Part shown: positions 18,744-27,361 of the stretch, one piece after another
How the letters are laid out: the number at the start of each line of letters is the position of its first letter
Numbering within the stretch: the stretch's first letter is position 1
NCBI GenBank assembly: GCA_021108335.1
Contig: JAIORC010000146.1
Location: 1 to 52,593 of the forward strand
DNA length: 52,593 bases
Direction: 5' to 3'
DNA from: Phycisphaerae bacterium
GTDB taxonomy: Bacteria > Planctomycetota > Phycisphaerae > SM23-33
Position numbers and translations under genes: made by a program
The notes under the pieces: model-generated
Seen by the model: only the letters and a program-made list of their open reading frames with translations
The model's database searches: none
Told to the model about the DNA's origin: nothing

Positions 18744-18986
18744 CTATGCCTTGGAGTTTTCTTTGATGTAGTCGATGGCCTGGCCGACCGTCTGAATCTT
18801 TTCCGCTTCTTCGTCGGGAATACTCAGCTCGAACTCGTCTTCAAATTCCATAACGAGTTCAACGGTATCCAGCGAATCCGCGTTCAGGTCGTTGACAAAC
18901 GAAGTCTCGCGAGTAATCTCGCTCTTGTCTACACCCATCTGATCCGAAACGATGTCAATTACTTTTTCTTCAATTGCGTCGGGCAC
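18744..18986 (-). CDS. acpP: Acyl carrier protein
   Basis: [20 protein letters not shown] with the phosphopantetheine Ser; GAGGAGG RBS. Confidence 0.97.
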   Translation of the reverse strand: MPDAIEEKVIDIVSDQMGVDKSEITRETSFVNDLNADSLDTVELVMEFEDEFELSIPDEEAEKIQTVGQAIDYIKENSKA

Positions 18987-19042
18987 GTAAGTGTCCTCCT
19001 CTGAAAAACGGTTCCTAAACTAGTTATACATAACGGCGGAGT

Positions 19043-19071
19043 AATATAGCGTGGCTTGGGGCAAGTTGCAA
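19043..19071 (-). promoter_or_regulatory. Putative internal sigma70 promoter for acpP-fabF
   Basis: Minus strand TTGCAA-N17-TATATT. Confidence 0.55.
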
Positions 19072-19157
19072 TAGTCCATTTCCGGTTTTTTGCTCGCTGC
19101 CGGCACCACAGCCGTTCCGTCGCTAATCCTTTACGTATCTTCTTTCGTTCACAACGG

Positions 19158-19913
19158 TTATGTATGCATCCCGCCGTCAACGCTCAAAACCTGTCCGGTG
19201 ATATATCCTGAATCGTTCGAGGCAAGGAAGCCAACCGCCTTGGCGATATCGCTGGGCTGGCCCAATTTTTTCATCGGTATCTGCACCATGGCCATCTCTT
19301 TAGCGGCGTCGCCGAGGATGTCCGTCATGTCCGTCTGGATGAAGCCCGGCGCGATGGCGTTGCTGCGGACTCCGCGTTTGGCAAGCTCCTTGGCCATGGT
19401 CTTGGTCAGACCGATCATGCCCGCCTTGGAGGCGGCGTAGTTGGCCTGGCCGGGGTTGCCCTCAATACCAGAGTAGCTGGCCATGTTGACAATCGACCCG
19501 CAACGCTGCCGCATCATGACCTTCGCAGCCGCACGCGAACCGATAAATGCACTCTTGAGATTCACGTTCAACACCAGATCCCAATCCTCGTCGCTGATGA
19601 GCATGACAAGATTGTCGCGGGTAATGCCCGCGTTGTTCACCAGCACGTCGAGCCGGCCGAACTTCTCGGCAGTATCATCGACCACAGCCGTAAAGCCTTC
19701 GCTGTCGGAAACGTCACACGCAGCCGTCGAAAATTTTTCCGGATTGCCCAGCTTGTTCGCCGCCTCGGTAAGGGCGTCTTCCTTCAAATCGACCGCCACG
19801 ACGGTCATGCCCTTACTCAGCAGCTCCTCGGCAATCGCCAAGCCAATGCCGCGGGCAGCCCCGGTAACAATCGCCACTTTTTCATTATCTGGTACGCTTT
19901 TCGTCTTCGCCAT
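19158..19913 (-). CDS. fabG: 3-oxoacyl-ACP reductase
   Basis: VTGAARGIG, LVNNAGITRD, NYAASKAG, NAIAPGFIQTDMT, YITGQVLSVDGG. Confidence 0.96.
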   Translation of the reverse strand: MAKTKSVPDNEKVAIVTGAARGIGLAIAEELLSKGMTVVAVDLKEDALTEAANKLGNPEKFSTAACDVSDSEGFTAVVDDTAEKFGRLDVLVNNAGITRDNLVMLISDEDWDLVLNVNLKSAFIGSRAAAKVMMRQRCGSIVNMASYSGIEGNPGQANYAASKAGMIGLTKTMAKELAKRGVRSNAIAPGFIQTDMTDILGDAAKEMAMVQIPMKKLGQPSDIAKAVGFLASNDSGYITGQVLSVDGGMHT

Positions 19914-19952
19914 TTTGCTTTCCTTCGCTGTTACCATAATACAAATCTATAT

Positions 19953-19980
19953 GTGGCACAGGTTTGTAACCTGTGCCACC
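19953..19980. repeat. REP-like palindrome family A between fabD and fabG
   Basis: GTGGCACAGGTT-tgt-AACCTGTGCCAC, perfect 12-bp stem. Confidence 0.85.
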
Positions 19981-20004
19981 AAACTATCCAAATTTGACAT
20001 ACCG

Positions 20005-20955
20005 CTATTGGCCGGCGTCAATTCCGGCGAGTTTTTCGGCTGTCTCCCTGGAATTCACCAGGTTGACCTTCGTTTTTCTGTCAATCCGTCGCATCAGGCC
20101 CATGAGAACCTTGCCCGGCCCAATTTCATAATATGTATCCACGCCGTCGGCAAGTATTTTTTCCACCGATTGCTGCCAGCGAACCGCTCCGGTCAACTGG
20201 GCGAGCAATTTCGCGGGAATCTCTGCCGCAGAAGCATACTCCGCGGCATCGACATTGGCAACAACGGAATGTTTCGGGTCGGCAAAATTCACGTCCGCCA
20301 GCACGCCGGCGAATTCTTCCGCCGCGGGAGTCATTATTTCGCTATGGAACGCACCGGCGACTTTCAGCACAGTTGCCCCGCGGGCTCCGTACTGTTCGGC
20401 GATGTCCGCTGCCCGCTGGCAGGCTTCATTTTCGCCGGAGAGGACGATTTGACCGGGGCAGTTGAAATTGGCCGGCGTGAGGATTTGACCCTCGGCAGCG
20501 GCGTTGCAAAGCTCCACCGCCTGCTTTTCGTCCAGGGCGATAACCGCCACCATGCCGCTGGGTCTAGCGAGGGCGGCAGCCTGCATCAGTTCGCCACGCT
20601 TGGCGACCAGCTTCACGCCGGTCTCGAAGTCCATCGCGCCGGCGGCGTACAGGGCTGTGTATTCGCCAAGGGAAAGCCCGCAGCAAACGTCCGGTGTCGG
20701 CATGGAATCGCCCATCAGGCTATCCATCACAGCCAGCATAGCCGCTGAGACGGTGAAAATGCAGGGCTGGGCGTTATCGGTGCGGTTGAGGTCTTCTTCC
20801 GGGCCTTCAAAGCAGAGCTTCTTTATCGGCAGACCTGTGGCAGCCTCGGCACGGTCGAAAATATCCCTTGCCGGGGCGAAAGCCTCGTAGATGTCCTTGC
20901 CCATACCGACATATTGCGCGCCCTGGCCCGGAAACATAAATGCTGTTTTTGCCAT
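20005..20955 (-). CDS. fabD: Malonyl-CoA:ACP transacylase
   Basis: FMFPGQGAQYVGMG, GLSLGEY, ANFNCPGQIVLSG, VAGAFHS, EIGPGKVL. Confidence 0.96.
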   Translation of the reverse strand: MAKTAFMFPGQGAQYVGMGKDIYEAFAPARDIFDRAEAATGLPIKKLCFEGPEEDLNRTDNAQPCIFTVSAAMLAVMDSLMGDSMPTPDVCCGLSLGEYTALYAAGAMDFETGVKLVAKRGELMQAAALARPSGMVAVIALDEKQAVELCNAAAEGQILTPANFNCPGQIVLSGENEACQRAADIAEQYGARGATVLKVAGAFHSEIMTPAAEEFAGVLADVNFADPKHSVVANVDAAEYASAAEIPAKLLAQLTGAVRWQQSVEKILADGVDTYYEIGPGKVLMGLMRRIDRKTKVNLVNSRETAEKLAGIDAGQ

Positions 20956-21077
20956 GATTTCCTGAACTCCTTCCGCGAACAATAAGGCCCACGGCAGCTA
21001 CACCCCTGTTATGGAGGCATCTCAAGCGTCCCGATTATGGGGACGGTATCATTTTAATCTTATCCAATCAAGAGTCG

Positions 21078-22070
21078 CTACATTTTGACGACTGCGCCGG
21101 CCCAGGTCAGGCCCGCGCCGAAGGCGACGAACATGACCGTCGATCCCGGGCCGATCTTCCCTTGGCGGACGGCTTCGTCCAACGCCAGCGGAATCGACGC
21201 GCCGGACGTGTTGCCCATGCGGTCGATATTGAGGAAAACCTTTTCCATCGGGAAGTTGTATTTCTCGGTAGCCGACTCGATAATGCGGATATTGACCTGG
21301 TGAGGCACGACCATATCCACGTCGTCGACGGTGATGTTGCATTTTTCCATGCAGTCGCCCAGCAGCCATTGCATTTTTTCCACGGCGAACTTGTAGACGT
21401 CGCGACCTCGCATTTTCACGAAGTGCTGCTTCTGATCGATGGTTTCCAACGTGGTGGGTGCCCGCGAGCCACCGGCGGGAACGTGGATGTAATCCCAGCC
21501 GCCACCGTTGGCGTGCATGACGGAATACAATACGCCCTTATCCGGTTCGCTGGTCGGCTCCAGCACGACCGCCCCGGCACCATCACCGAAGAGGATGCAA
21601 CTGCCGCGATCGGTAAAGTCGGCCACCTGGCTGAGGCAGTCCGCTCCGATCATAAGAATTCTTTTGTATTTGCCGGTTTCGATAAACTGGCTGGCAACGG
21701 AAAGTCCGTAAACAAACCCGCTGCAGGCAGCCGAAATGTCAAACGCCGGTACGTCAGTCGCGCCGAGAATCTCCTGGATGAAGCAGGCCGTCGAGGGCAT
21801 GGGCATTTCCGGGCTGACCGTCGCACAGATAATCAAATCCAGGTCGCCGGCGGTAATGCCCGCGTTTTCCATCGCTTTTCGACCAGCCTCCGCCGCCAGC
21901 GTAGCCGTTGTCTCACCCTCCGAAACCAGGCGACGCTCCTTAATGCCTGTTCGCTTGGTAATCCATTCGTCGGAAGTGTCGAGAGTCTTTTCAAATTCGG
22001 CGTTGGGCACGACCCGTTTGGGAACCGCCGACCCGACACCAGTAATTGCAGCACGCAGGGAACCAGTCAT
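21078..22070 (-). CDS. fabH: 3-oxoacyl-ACP synthase III
   Basis: DTSDEWITKRTGI, AACSGF, LFGDGAGA, PHQVNIRII, GNTSGASIP, FGAGLTW. Confidence 0.96.
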   Translation of the reverse strand: MTGSLRAAITGVGSAVPKRVVPNAEFEKTLDTSDEWITKRTGIKERRLVSEGETTATLAAEAGRKAMENAGITAGDLDLIICATVSPEMPMPSTACFIQEILGATDVPAFDISAACSGFVYGLSVASQFIETGKYKRILMIGADCLSQVADFTDRGSCILFGDGAGAVVLEPTSEPDKGVLYSVMHANGGGWDYIHVPAGGSRAPTTLETIDQKQHFVKMRGRDVYKFAVEKMQWLLGDCMEKCNITVDDVDMVVPHQVNIRIIESATEKYNFPMEKVFLNIDRMGNTSGASIPLALDEAVRQGKIGPGSTVMFVAFGAGLTWAGAVVKM

Positions 22071-22072
22071 TG

Positions 22073-23071
22073 TTAATCTCTACTTTCGCTGAGCTGTTCG
22101 ATAATATGTTGGTTGACTTTGTGGGCCGAAAACGCCTTGGCCTCGCGTATGGCGTTTGCAATTCCGACGGAACTGCTGGCCCCGTGGCAGATAATCCAAA
22201 TACCAGCCACCCCCAACAACGGTGCGCCGCCGTACATGTTAAAATCGTACTGCTCCCGCATGCCGGCGGCAATCTGCATTATCCGTTCCATCTGATCCGG
22301 CATGGCTGCGGCGAATTTCTTCATCAGCCCTCGCATAAGCCCCTCGCCGATGCCCTCGACCAGCTTCAGTACCACATTTCCGACAAATCCCTCACAGACC
22401 ATCACGTCGCAAGCACCGCTGACCAAGTCCCGCCCCTCGACATTGCCGATAAAATTAAGGAAAGAATCAGCCTTCATCAGCTCGGCAGTCTTCCTTACAA
22501 GCTCGTTGCCTTTGCCCTCTTCCTCGCCGACACTCAACAGAGCGACTCGCGGGGTTTCGATATCCGTAACCGCCTTGATGTACAGCGAGGTCATCACGCC
22601 GTATTGGTACAGGTGCAGCGGGCGACAGTTGACGTTGGCTCCCACATCGCAGATAGCCACTGGGCCTGCGGTGGTCGGGGCGACTATCGCGATACCGGGC
22701 CGATGCACGCCAGCCAATCTGCCCAGACGCATCTGGGCAGCCGCGACGCACGCGCCAGTATTGCCCGCCGATATGCAGGCGTTCAACTCGCCGGATTTGT
22801 GCAGCGAAGCCAGCAGGGCAATGGAGCTTTTCGGCTTGGTACGCAACGCGTCAACCGGCGACTCAGCCATGCCGATCACATCCGGGGCATGGTGGATTTC
22901 AATCTTTCGGTTTTCGCCGCCAGCCTGGCTGAGCTTGTCCTCGATGACCGCCTGGTCTCCGACCAGTACGACGCGGTCGTCGGCTTCCAGCAGCGCGCAC
23001 GCTTCAAGTGCCCCGGCGATAACCTCCTCGGGGCCTCGGTCTCCACCCATCACATCCAGGCCGATTCGCAC
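22073..23071 (-). CDS. plsX: Phosphate acyltransferase
   Basis: IGLDVMGGD, SAGNTGA, DVGANVNC, EGFVGNVVLK, GGAPLLGV, CHGASS. Confidence 0.96.
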   Translation of the reverse strand: MRIGLDVMGGDRGPEEVIAGALEACALLEADDRVVLVGDQAVIEDKLSQAGGENRKIEIHHAPDVIGMAESPVDALRTKPKSSIALLASLHKSGELNACISAGNTGACVAAAQMRLGRLAGVHRPGIAIVAPTTAGPVAICDVGANVNCRPLHLYQYGVMTSLYIKAVTDIETPRVALLSVGEEEGKGNELVRKTAELMKADSFLNFIGNVEGRDLVSGACDVMVCEGFVGNVVLKLVEGIGEGLMRGLMKKFAAAMPDQMERIMQIAAGMREQYDFNMYGGAPLLGVAGIWIICHGASSSVGIANAIREAKAFSAHKVNQHIIEQLSESRD

Positions 23072-23074
23072 GGA

Positions 23075-23257
23075 TTAGCTCTCCTTGCTGACTTCCAGCC
23101 TCAATCCGGGCCGAACATAACCGCAATTACCGCAGGCTGCATGGGGCAACTTGGGCGAATTGCAACGAGGGCAATCCGAATAGTTGACCGGACTCATCGC
23201 ATGATGGCTCCGGCGTGTCCGTGTTCGGCAACGACTGATTTTCTTTTTCGGTAACAT
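23075..23257 (-). CDS. rpmF: 50S ribosomal protein L32 (Zn-binding form)
   Basis: PKKKISRCRTRTRRSH, CPRC...PHAACGNCGY; canonical position before plsX. Confidence 0.95.
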   Translation of the reverse strand: MLPKKKISRCRTRTRRSHHAMSPVNYSDCPRCNSPKLPHAACGNCGYVRPGLRLEVSKES

Positions 23258-23425
23258 CTTTCAATTCCTCATACTTATCTGTCTGCGATGCCCCCAAAGG
23301 GCACGCAGATTCCCGAGTTATCCATATCGGAGTATCCGCGGGAAAGTTTTCATACCACACCCGCGAATACAAACACACGCCGGCGGCAAACCATCCAAAC
23401 CATGCTACCGACGGCAAAGAGGGGG

Positions 23426-23454
23426 AAGTTACGTTCTTATCACCGTTTTGTCAA
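23426..23454 (-). promoter_or_regulatory. Putative sigma70 promoter of the rpmF-plsX-fab operon
   Basis: Minus strand TTGACA-N17-TAACTT. Confidence 0.55.
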
Positions 23455-23497
23455 GTGAAAATGCCTGCTCCACTAGGCCGAAAAAATCAAGGGAACC

Positions 23498-26188
23498 TCA
23501 ACCCAGTTGCTGCCTGGCGAATTCCTCGGCGGCTTTGAGTGCTTCCGGCAGTTTTTCGGGCTGTTTCCCGCCCGCCTGGGCGAGACTGGGCTTGCCGCCA
23601 CCACCGCCACCGACAATCGGGGCTGTCGCTTTTACCCAGTCGCCTGCATGAAACTTGCCCGCACCGGACAATTCGTCGCTAACCATCGCCACCAGCATGA
23701 CTTTCGAATCGTCGGCGGCTCCCAGCAGAATCGCCACTGCGCCTTTTTGGCGCTGCTGGTCGCAGATATTCCGCATAATACCGGCATCGGCGACGCCTGC
23801 CCGGGCGACAAGCACCTTGCCGGCTGGCGTCTCCAGCGTAACCGCATCGGCGATATCCGACGCGCCGCCGGCGGGGCGTTTTTTCAACTTTTTGATTTCC
23901 GCCTGCATCGCACCAACCCGCTCGGGGATGTCTGACGGGGATATCTTCAACGCCGTCGCTGCCGTCTTGAGAGTCGCGTCGGCATGGGTTATCCAGTCCG
24001 CCACGTGAGCACCGGTAATAGCGGTAATCCGCCGGATACCCTTGGCGACCGATTCCTCGGAGATAATCTTGAATAGCCCGATCTGCGAAGTCAGAGCGAC
24101 GTGAGTCCCGCCGCAGAATTCCACTGCGCAATCCTCCTGGCAGTCTCCTATTGTTACAACGCGAACCGGATCGGGGTATTTTTCGCCGAAAATTGCCCGG
24201 ACGCCGGATATGTTTTTCGCTTTGCTTAGCGGCATAACCCGTGGGGTTATGGGTGTGTCTTCCAGGATAAATTGATTAACCCGCCGCTCGACCTCCGCAA
24301 GCTCCTGGGGCGTAACGGCGGTGTTACAGGTAAAATCAAACCGCAGCCGGCTTGCATCGACCACGCTGCCGGCCTGGTTGACACCATCGCCCAGAACGTC
24401 CCGCAATGCCCAGTTCAACAGGTGCGTAGCGGTATGATTCCGCATTATATCCATCCGGGAAGGGCTTACTTCCGCCCGGACGGTCTGCCCGACCCGCAAC
24501 GTACCTTTTAGCAGCCGGCCAAAATGCAGCACGCATTGCCCGGCCAATTGAGTGGTTTCAACACGAAACTCGACCCCTTTTCCATTGTTGCCAATCAGCC
24601 AGCCTTCATCGCCGATCTGCCCGCCGGATTCGCCGTACAAACAGGTCATGTCCAGCACCACCGCTGCCTCGGAACCCTCCGTCAACTCGCCCTCGTCGAT
24701 GAATCCGCCATCCACGACCCAGCCAAGCACAATCCCGTCGGCAAACCACAGGTCAAATTTCGCCGAGTCGTCCGTTTTGGGCAGGCCCACAATCGCCTCG
24801 GCCTTGAACTTTCGGCCGCCCCCGCTGGCGGCGCGGTGCTCTTCCATCAATTCGATGTGCGAATCCTCGTCAACAGCCAGACCGACTTTCTCAGCCATCA
24901 GCTTGGTCAGACTGAAGGGGAACCCGTACGTCGCATGCAACTGGAAGGAAATCTCACCGGTAATTTGATTGTCGCCGACAGCCTTGATCCGCTCCGCCTG
25001 GCGGTTGAACAAGTCCAACCCGCGGCTGAGCGTTTTGCCGAACGCGTCCTCTTCGTTCCGAATGATATCGATAATGTCATATTTGCGGCTGGCCAACTCA
25101 TCAAAGGTGCCGCGGAACATATCGACGATGGTCGGCACGAACTTGTACAGGAATGTATCTTCGATGCCGAGGTGTTGCCTGCCAAAGCCGGCTGCCCTGC
25201 GGAGAATGGCCCGCAACACACTGCCCCTGCCGTCGTTGCTCGGCAGAATGCCGTCGGCAATAGCGAAGGTCAACGCCCGGGCATGATCCGCGATAACGCG
25301 CATGGCTACGTCACCGAGATTCGACTCGTCCATTACGTCGAAACGGTCGAAGCCCTCAGGCATATCGTCCCGCCAGCCGTACTTGTGAGGCGTCATCGTT
25401 TCGATGTGCTCGATAATCGGTATGAACAGGTCGGTGGCGTAGTTGGATTTTTTGCCCTGAATCACAGCCGTTATGCGCTCGAAACCCATACCGGTATCCA
25501 CGTGCCTCGCAGGCAGGGGCGTAAGCACACCCGTTTTATCCCGGTTGAACTGAATAAACACCAGGTTCCAGATTTCGATAACACTGGGATGCCCCGCGTT
25601 TACCAACGGCCCGCCGGATTTGTCTTCCGTCAGGTCATAATGAACCTCGCTGCACGGGCCGCATGGGCCAGTCTCGCCCATTTCCCAGAAATTGTCCTTC
25701 TCGTTACCGGGCAAAACACGATTGGCCGGCAGATACTGCAACCACAGCTCGCGGGCCTCGATGTCCGCAGCCAGGCCGTCTTTGGGGCAACCCTCAAAAT
25801 ACGTCGCGTAAAGACGCTCTTCATCCAACCCCCACACATCGGTCAACAACGTCCAGGCCCAATCGATGGCGTCCCGCTTGAAATAGTCGCCGAAACTCCA
25901 ATTGCCGAGCATCTCGAAAAACGTGTGGTGATAACAATCCCGGCCGACGTCTTCGAGGTCATTGTGCTTGCCGCCGGCACGAATGCATTTCTGCGTATTG
26001 ACTGCCCGGGTGTAATCCCGCGTCTCCGTACCCAGAAAAATAGGCTTGAACTGATTCATGCCCGCGTTGGTAAACAACAGCGTCGGATCGTCAGCCGGCA
26101 AAAGCGAACTGCCCGGAACAGCTCTGTGCCCGCGATCCTCAAAGAATTTTATGAACTCACTCCGAATGTCCCTGCCGCTCTTACTCAT
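23498..26188 (-). CDS. alaS: Alanine--tRNA ligase
   Basis: DPTLLFTNAGMNQFK, HHTFFEMLGNWSFGDYFK, EIWNLVFIQF, editing motifs NHTATHLL and EFCGGTH, GGGGGKPSLAQAGG; start 26188 after GGAGG. Confidence 0.97.
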   Translation of the reverse strand: MSKSGRDIRSEFIKFFEDRGHRAVPGSSLLPADDPTLLFTNAGMNQFKPIFLGTETRDYTRAVNTQKCIRAGGKHNDLEDVGRDCYHHTFFEMLGNWSFGDYFKRDAIDWAWTLLTDVWGLDEERLYATYFEGCPKDGLAADIEARELWLQYLPANRVLPGNEKDNFWEMGETGPCGPCSEVHYDLTEDKSGGPLVNAGHPSVIEIWNLVFIQFNRDKTGVLTPLPARHVDTGMGFERITAVIQGKKSNYATDLFIPIIEHIETMTPHKYGWRDDMPEGFDRFDVMDESNLGDVAMRVIADHARALTFAIADGILPSNDGRGSVLRAILRRAAGFGRQHLGIEDTFLYKFVPTIVDMFRGTFDELASRKYDIIDIIRNEEDAFGKTLSRGLDLFNRQAERIKAVGDNQITGEISFQLHATYGFPFSLTKLMAEKVGLAVDEDSHIELMEEHRAASGGGRKFKAEAIVGLPKTDDSAKFDLWFADGIVLGWVVDGGFIDEGELTEGSEAAVVLDMTCLYGESGGQIGDEGWLIGNNGKGVEFRVETTQLAGQCVLHFGRLLKGTLRVGQTVRAEVSPSRMDIMRNHTATHLLNWALRDVLGDGVNQAGSVVDASRLRFDFTCNTAVTPQELAEVERRVNQFILEDTPITPRVMPLSKAKNISGVRAIFGEKYPDPVRVVTIGDCQEDCAVEFCGGTHVALTSQIGLFKIISEESVAKGIRRITAITGAHVADWITHADATLKTAATALKISPSDIPERVGAMQAEIKKLKKRPAGGASDIADAVTLETPAGKVLVARAGVADAGIMRNICDQQRQKGAVAILLGAADDSKVMLVAMVSDELSGAGKFHAGDWVKATAPIVGGGGGGKPSLAQAGGKQPEKLPEALKAAEEFARQQLG

Positions 26189-26388
26189 AACCCTTCCCTC
26201 CATAACATAACAAATTAAACCAATTAACAGAATTGTAACGCCATTGGGCCGAAACGGCAAGCATACTATCACCACAACGCAACTGTGTTTGGGAAGATTT
26301 CCCAACCCCGCCACCAAACTGCCGGCGGGTGGCGGAATCAGCCCCTGAAAGGGGATGGCCATGAGGAAAAATGGCCCAGAAAAAAGTC

Positions 26389-26540
26389 GGGTGGCCCCTT
26401 GGGGGATGAGTGGCGCATAAATTGCAAATGTATTCGATCATGGCTACCCCGCAAAAAACGCGATTTTTCCATGTCACCCTGGATTTTTTCGTTTATGCAA
26501 AGAAAAGACCTGGGTGGCATGGCCCCTTGGGGCCGTGTAG
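26389..26540. repeat. REP-like family E copies (GGGTGGCCCCTTGGGGGATG and a degenerate variant)
   Basis: 26389-26408 matches the reverse complements at 34716-34735 and 39455-39474; variant GGGTGGCATGGCCCCTTGGGGCCGTG near 26512. Confidence 0.7.
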
Positions 26541-26590
26541 TTTTTGCGCCCCCACGTGGCGGGAGCGTCAGCAACAGCTACGATGCTACT

Positions 26591-27193
26591 TTATCCCAAT
26601 TTCTTCAGAATTTCGTCGATGGCGTCGTACTCGGTCTGCATTTCCGCCAGTTGTTTCCGGTATCGCTGGACGACGTCGGGCGGATTGTCAGTCTGGAATT
26701 CTTCCTTGGCGAGTACCGCGGTCAGCGCGTTGATCTGGTCGGCAAGGGCGTTTTGTCGTTGCCGGAGCAGTTCCAGTCGGTCGGCCCGGCTGGTCGGTTC
26801 GCTGATTGCCCCGGCGAAGACGTGCTCGGCTACGAAAATCGGCGTGTGCTCGGCTATTCCCAGGGCAATCGCGTCGGACGGCCTGGCGTCGACCTTGATG
26901 AGTTTCGTCCCGCTGCGGATGTGGAGCATGGCGAAAAATGTATGCTCCTTCAGGTCGTTGATCACGACTTTTTCCAGCTTGCCGCCCATCGCCGCGATAA
27001 CCCCAGCCAGCAGATCGTGCGTCATCGGACGCGGAACCTGAATTCCCTTCAGGCGGCGGTCGATAGCCAGGGCCTCGGTTATGCCGATGATGATGGGGAA
27101 TGTCCGTTCGCCGTTGATTTCCTTGAGGAAAATCACCTGCTGCTCGCCCAACTCGGTAATCAGAATTCGCGATAACTCAACGGGTACATCCAC
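26591..27193 (-). CDS. Bifunctional nuclease (DUF151/DNase-RNase family) with a C-terminal ValRS-like coiled-coil arm
   Basis: RTFPIIIGITEALAI, PRPMTHDLL, VDARPSDAIALG (DUF151); final 66 aa align without gaps to the ValRS C-terminal arm; GTG start after AGGAAGG. Confidence 0.9.
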   Translation of the reverse strand: MDVPVELSRILITELGEQQVIFLKEINGERTFPIIIGITEALAIDRRLKGIQVPRPMTHDLLAGVIAAMGGKLEKVVINDLKEHTFFAMLHIRSGTKLIKVDARPSDAIALGIAEHTPIFVAEHVFAGAISEPTSRADRLELLRQRQNALADQINALTAVLAKEEFQTDNPPDVVQRYRKQLAEMQTEYDAIDEILKKLG

Positions 27194-27220
27194 AATAACA
27201 CCTTCCTGCCCTATCATCGC

Positions 27221-27360
27221 GTGGTGGCCTTCCCAGGCCCACCCACGGCACAGGTTACAAACCTGTGCCACCTATCTTTCCCCCCAGGGGCCACTCGACA
27301 TTTTTTTCTGGTTTCTGTTTTTCCCAGTTCCTGGTTCCCGTTTTTCCCGGTTCCCGCTTT
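27221..27360. repeat. REP mosaic (C + A + partial E) plus heptamer tract
   Basis: GTGGTGGCCTTCCCAGGCC (27221), family A reverse (27247-27272), TTTTCCC/GGTTCCC-type tract 27301-27360. Confidence 0.8.
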
Positions 27361-27361
27361 A

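Noticed and set aside
11196-19659. Avoidance of CGGCCG as a clue to the NotI-family enzyme's specificity
   Set aside because: CGGCCG is present (11196-11201, 19654-19659); a proper observed/expected count is needed and was not done.
26189-26590. T-box leader or N-terminal extension for alaS
   Set aside because: No T-box consensus seen; the region holds REP copies and the GGAGG RBS supports the start at 26188.
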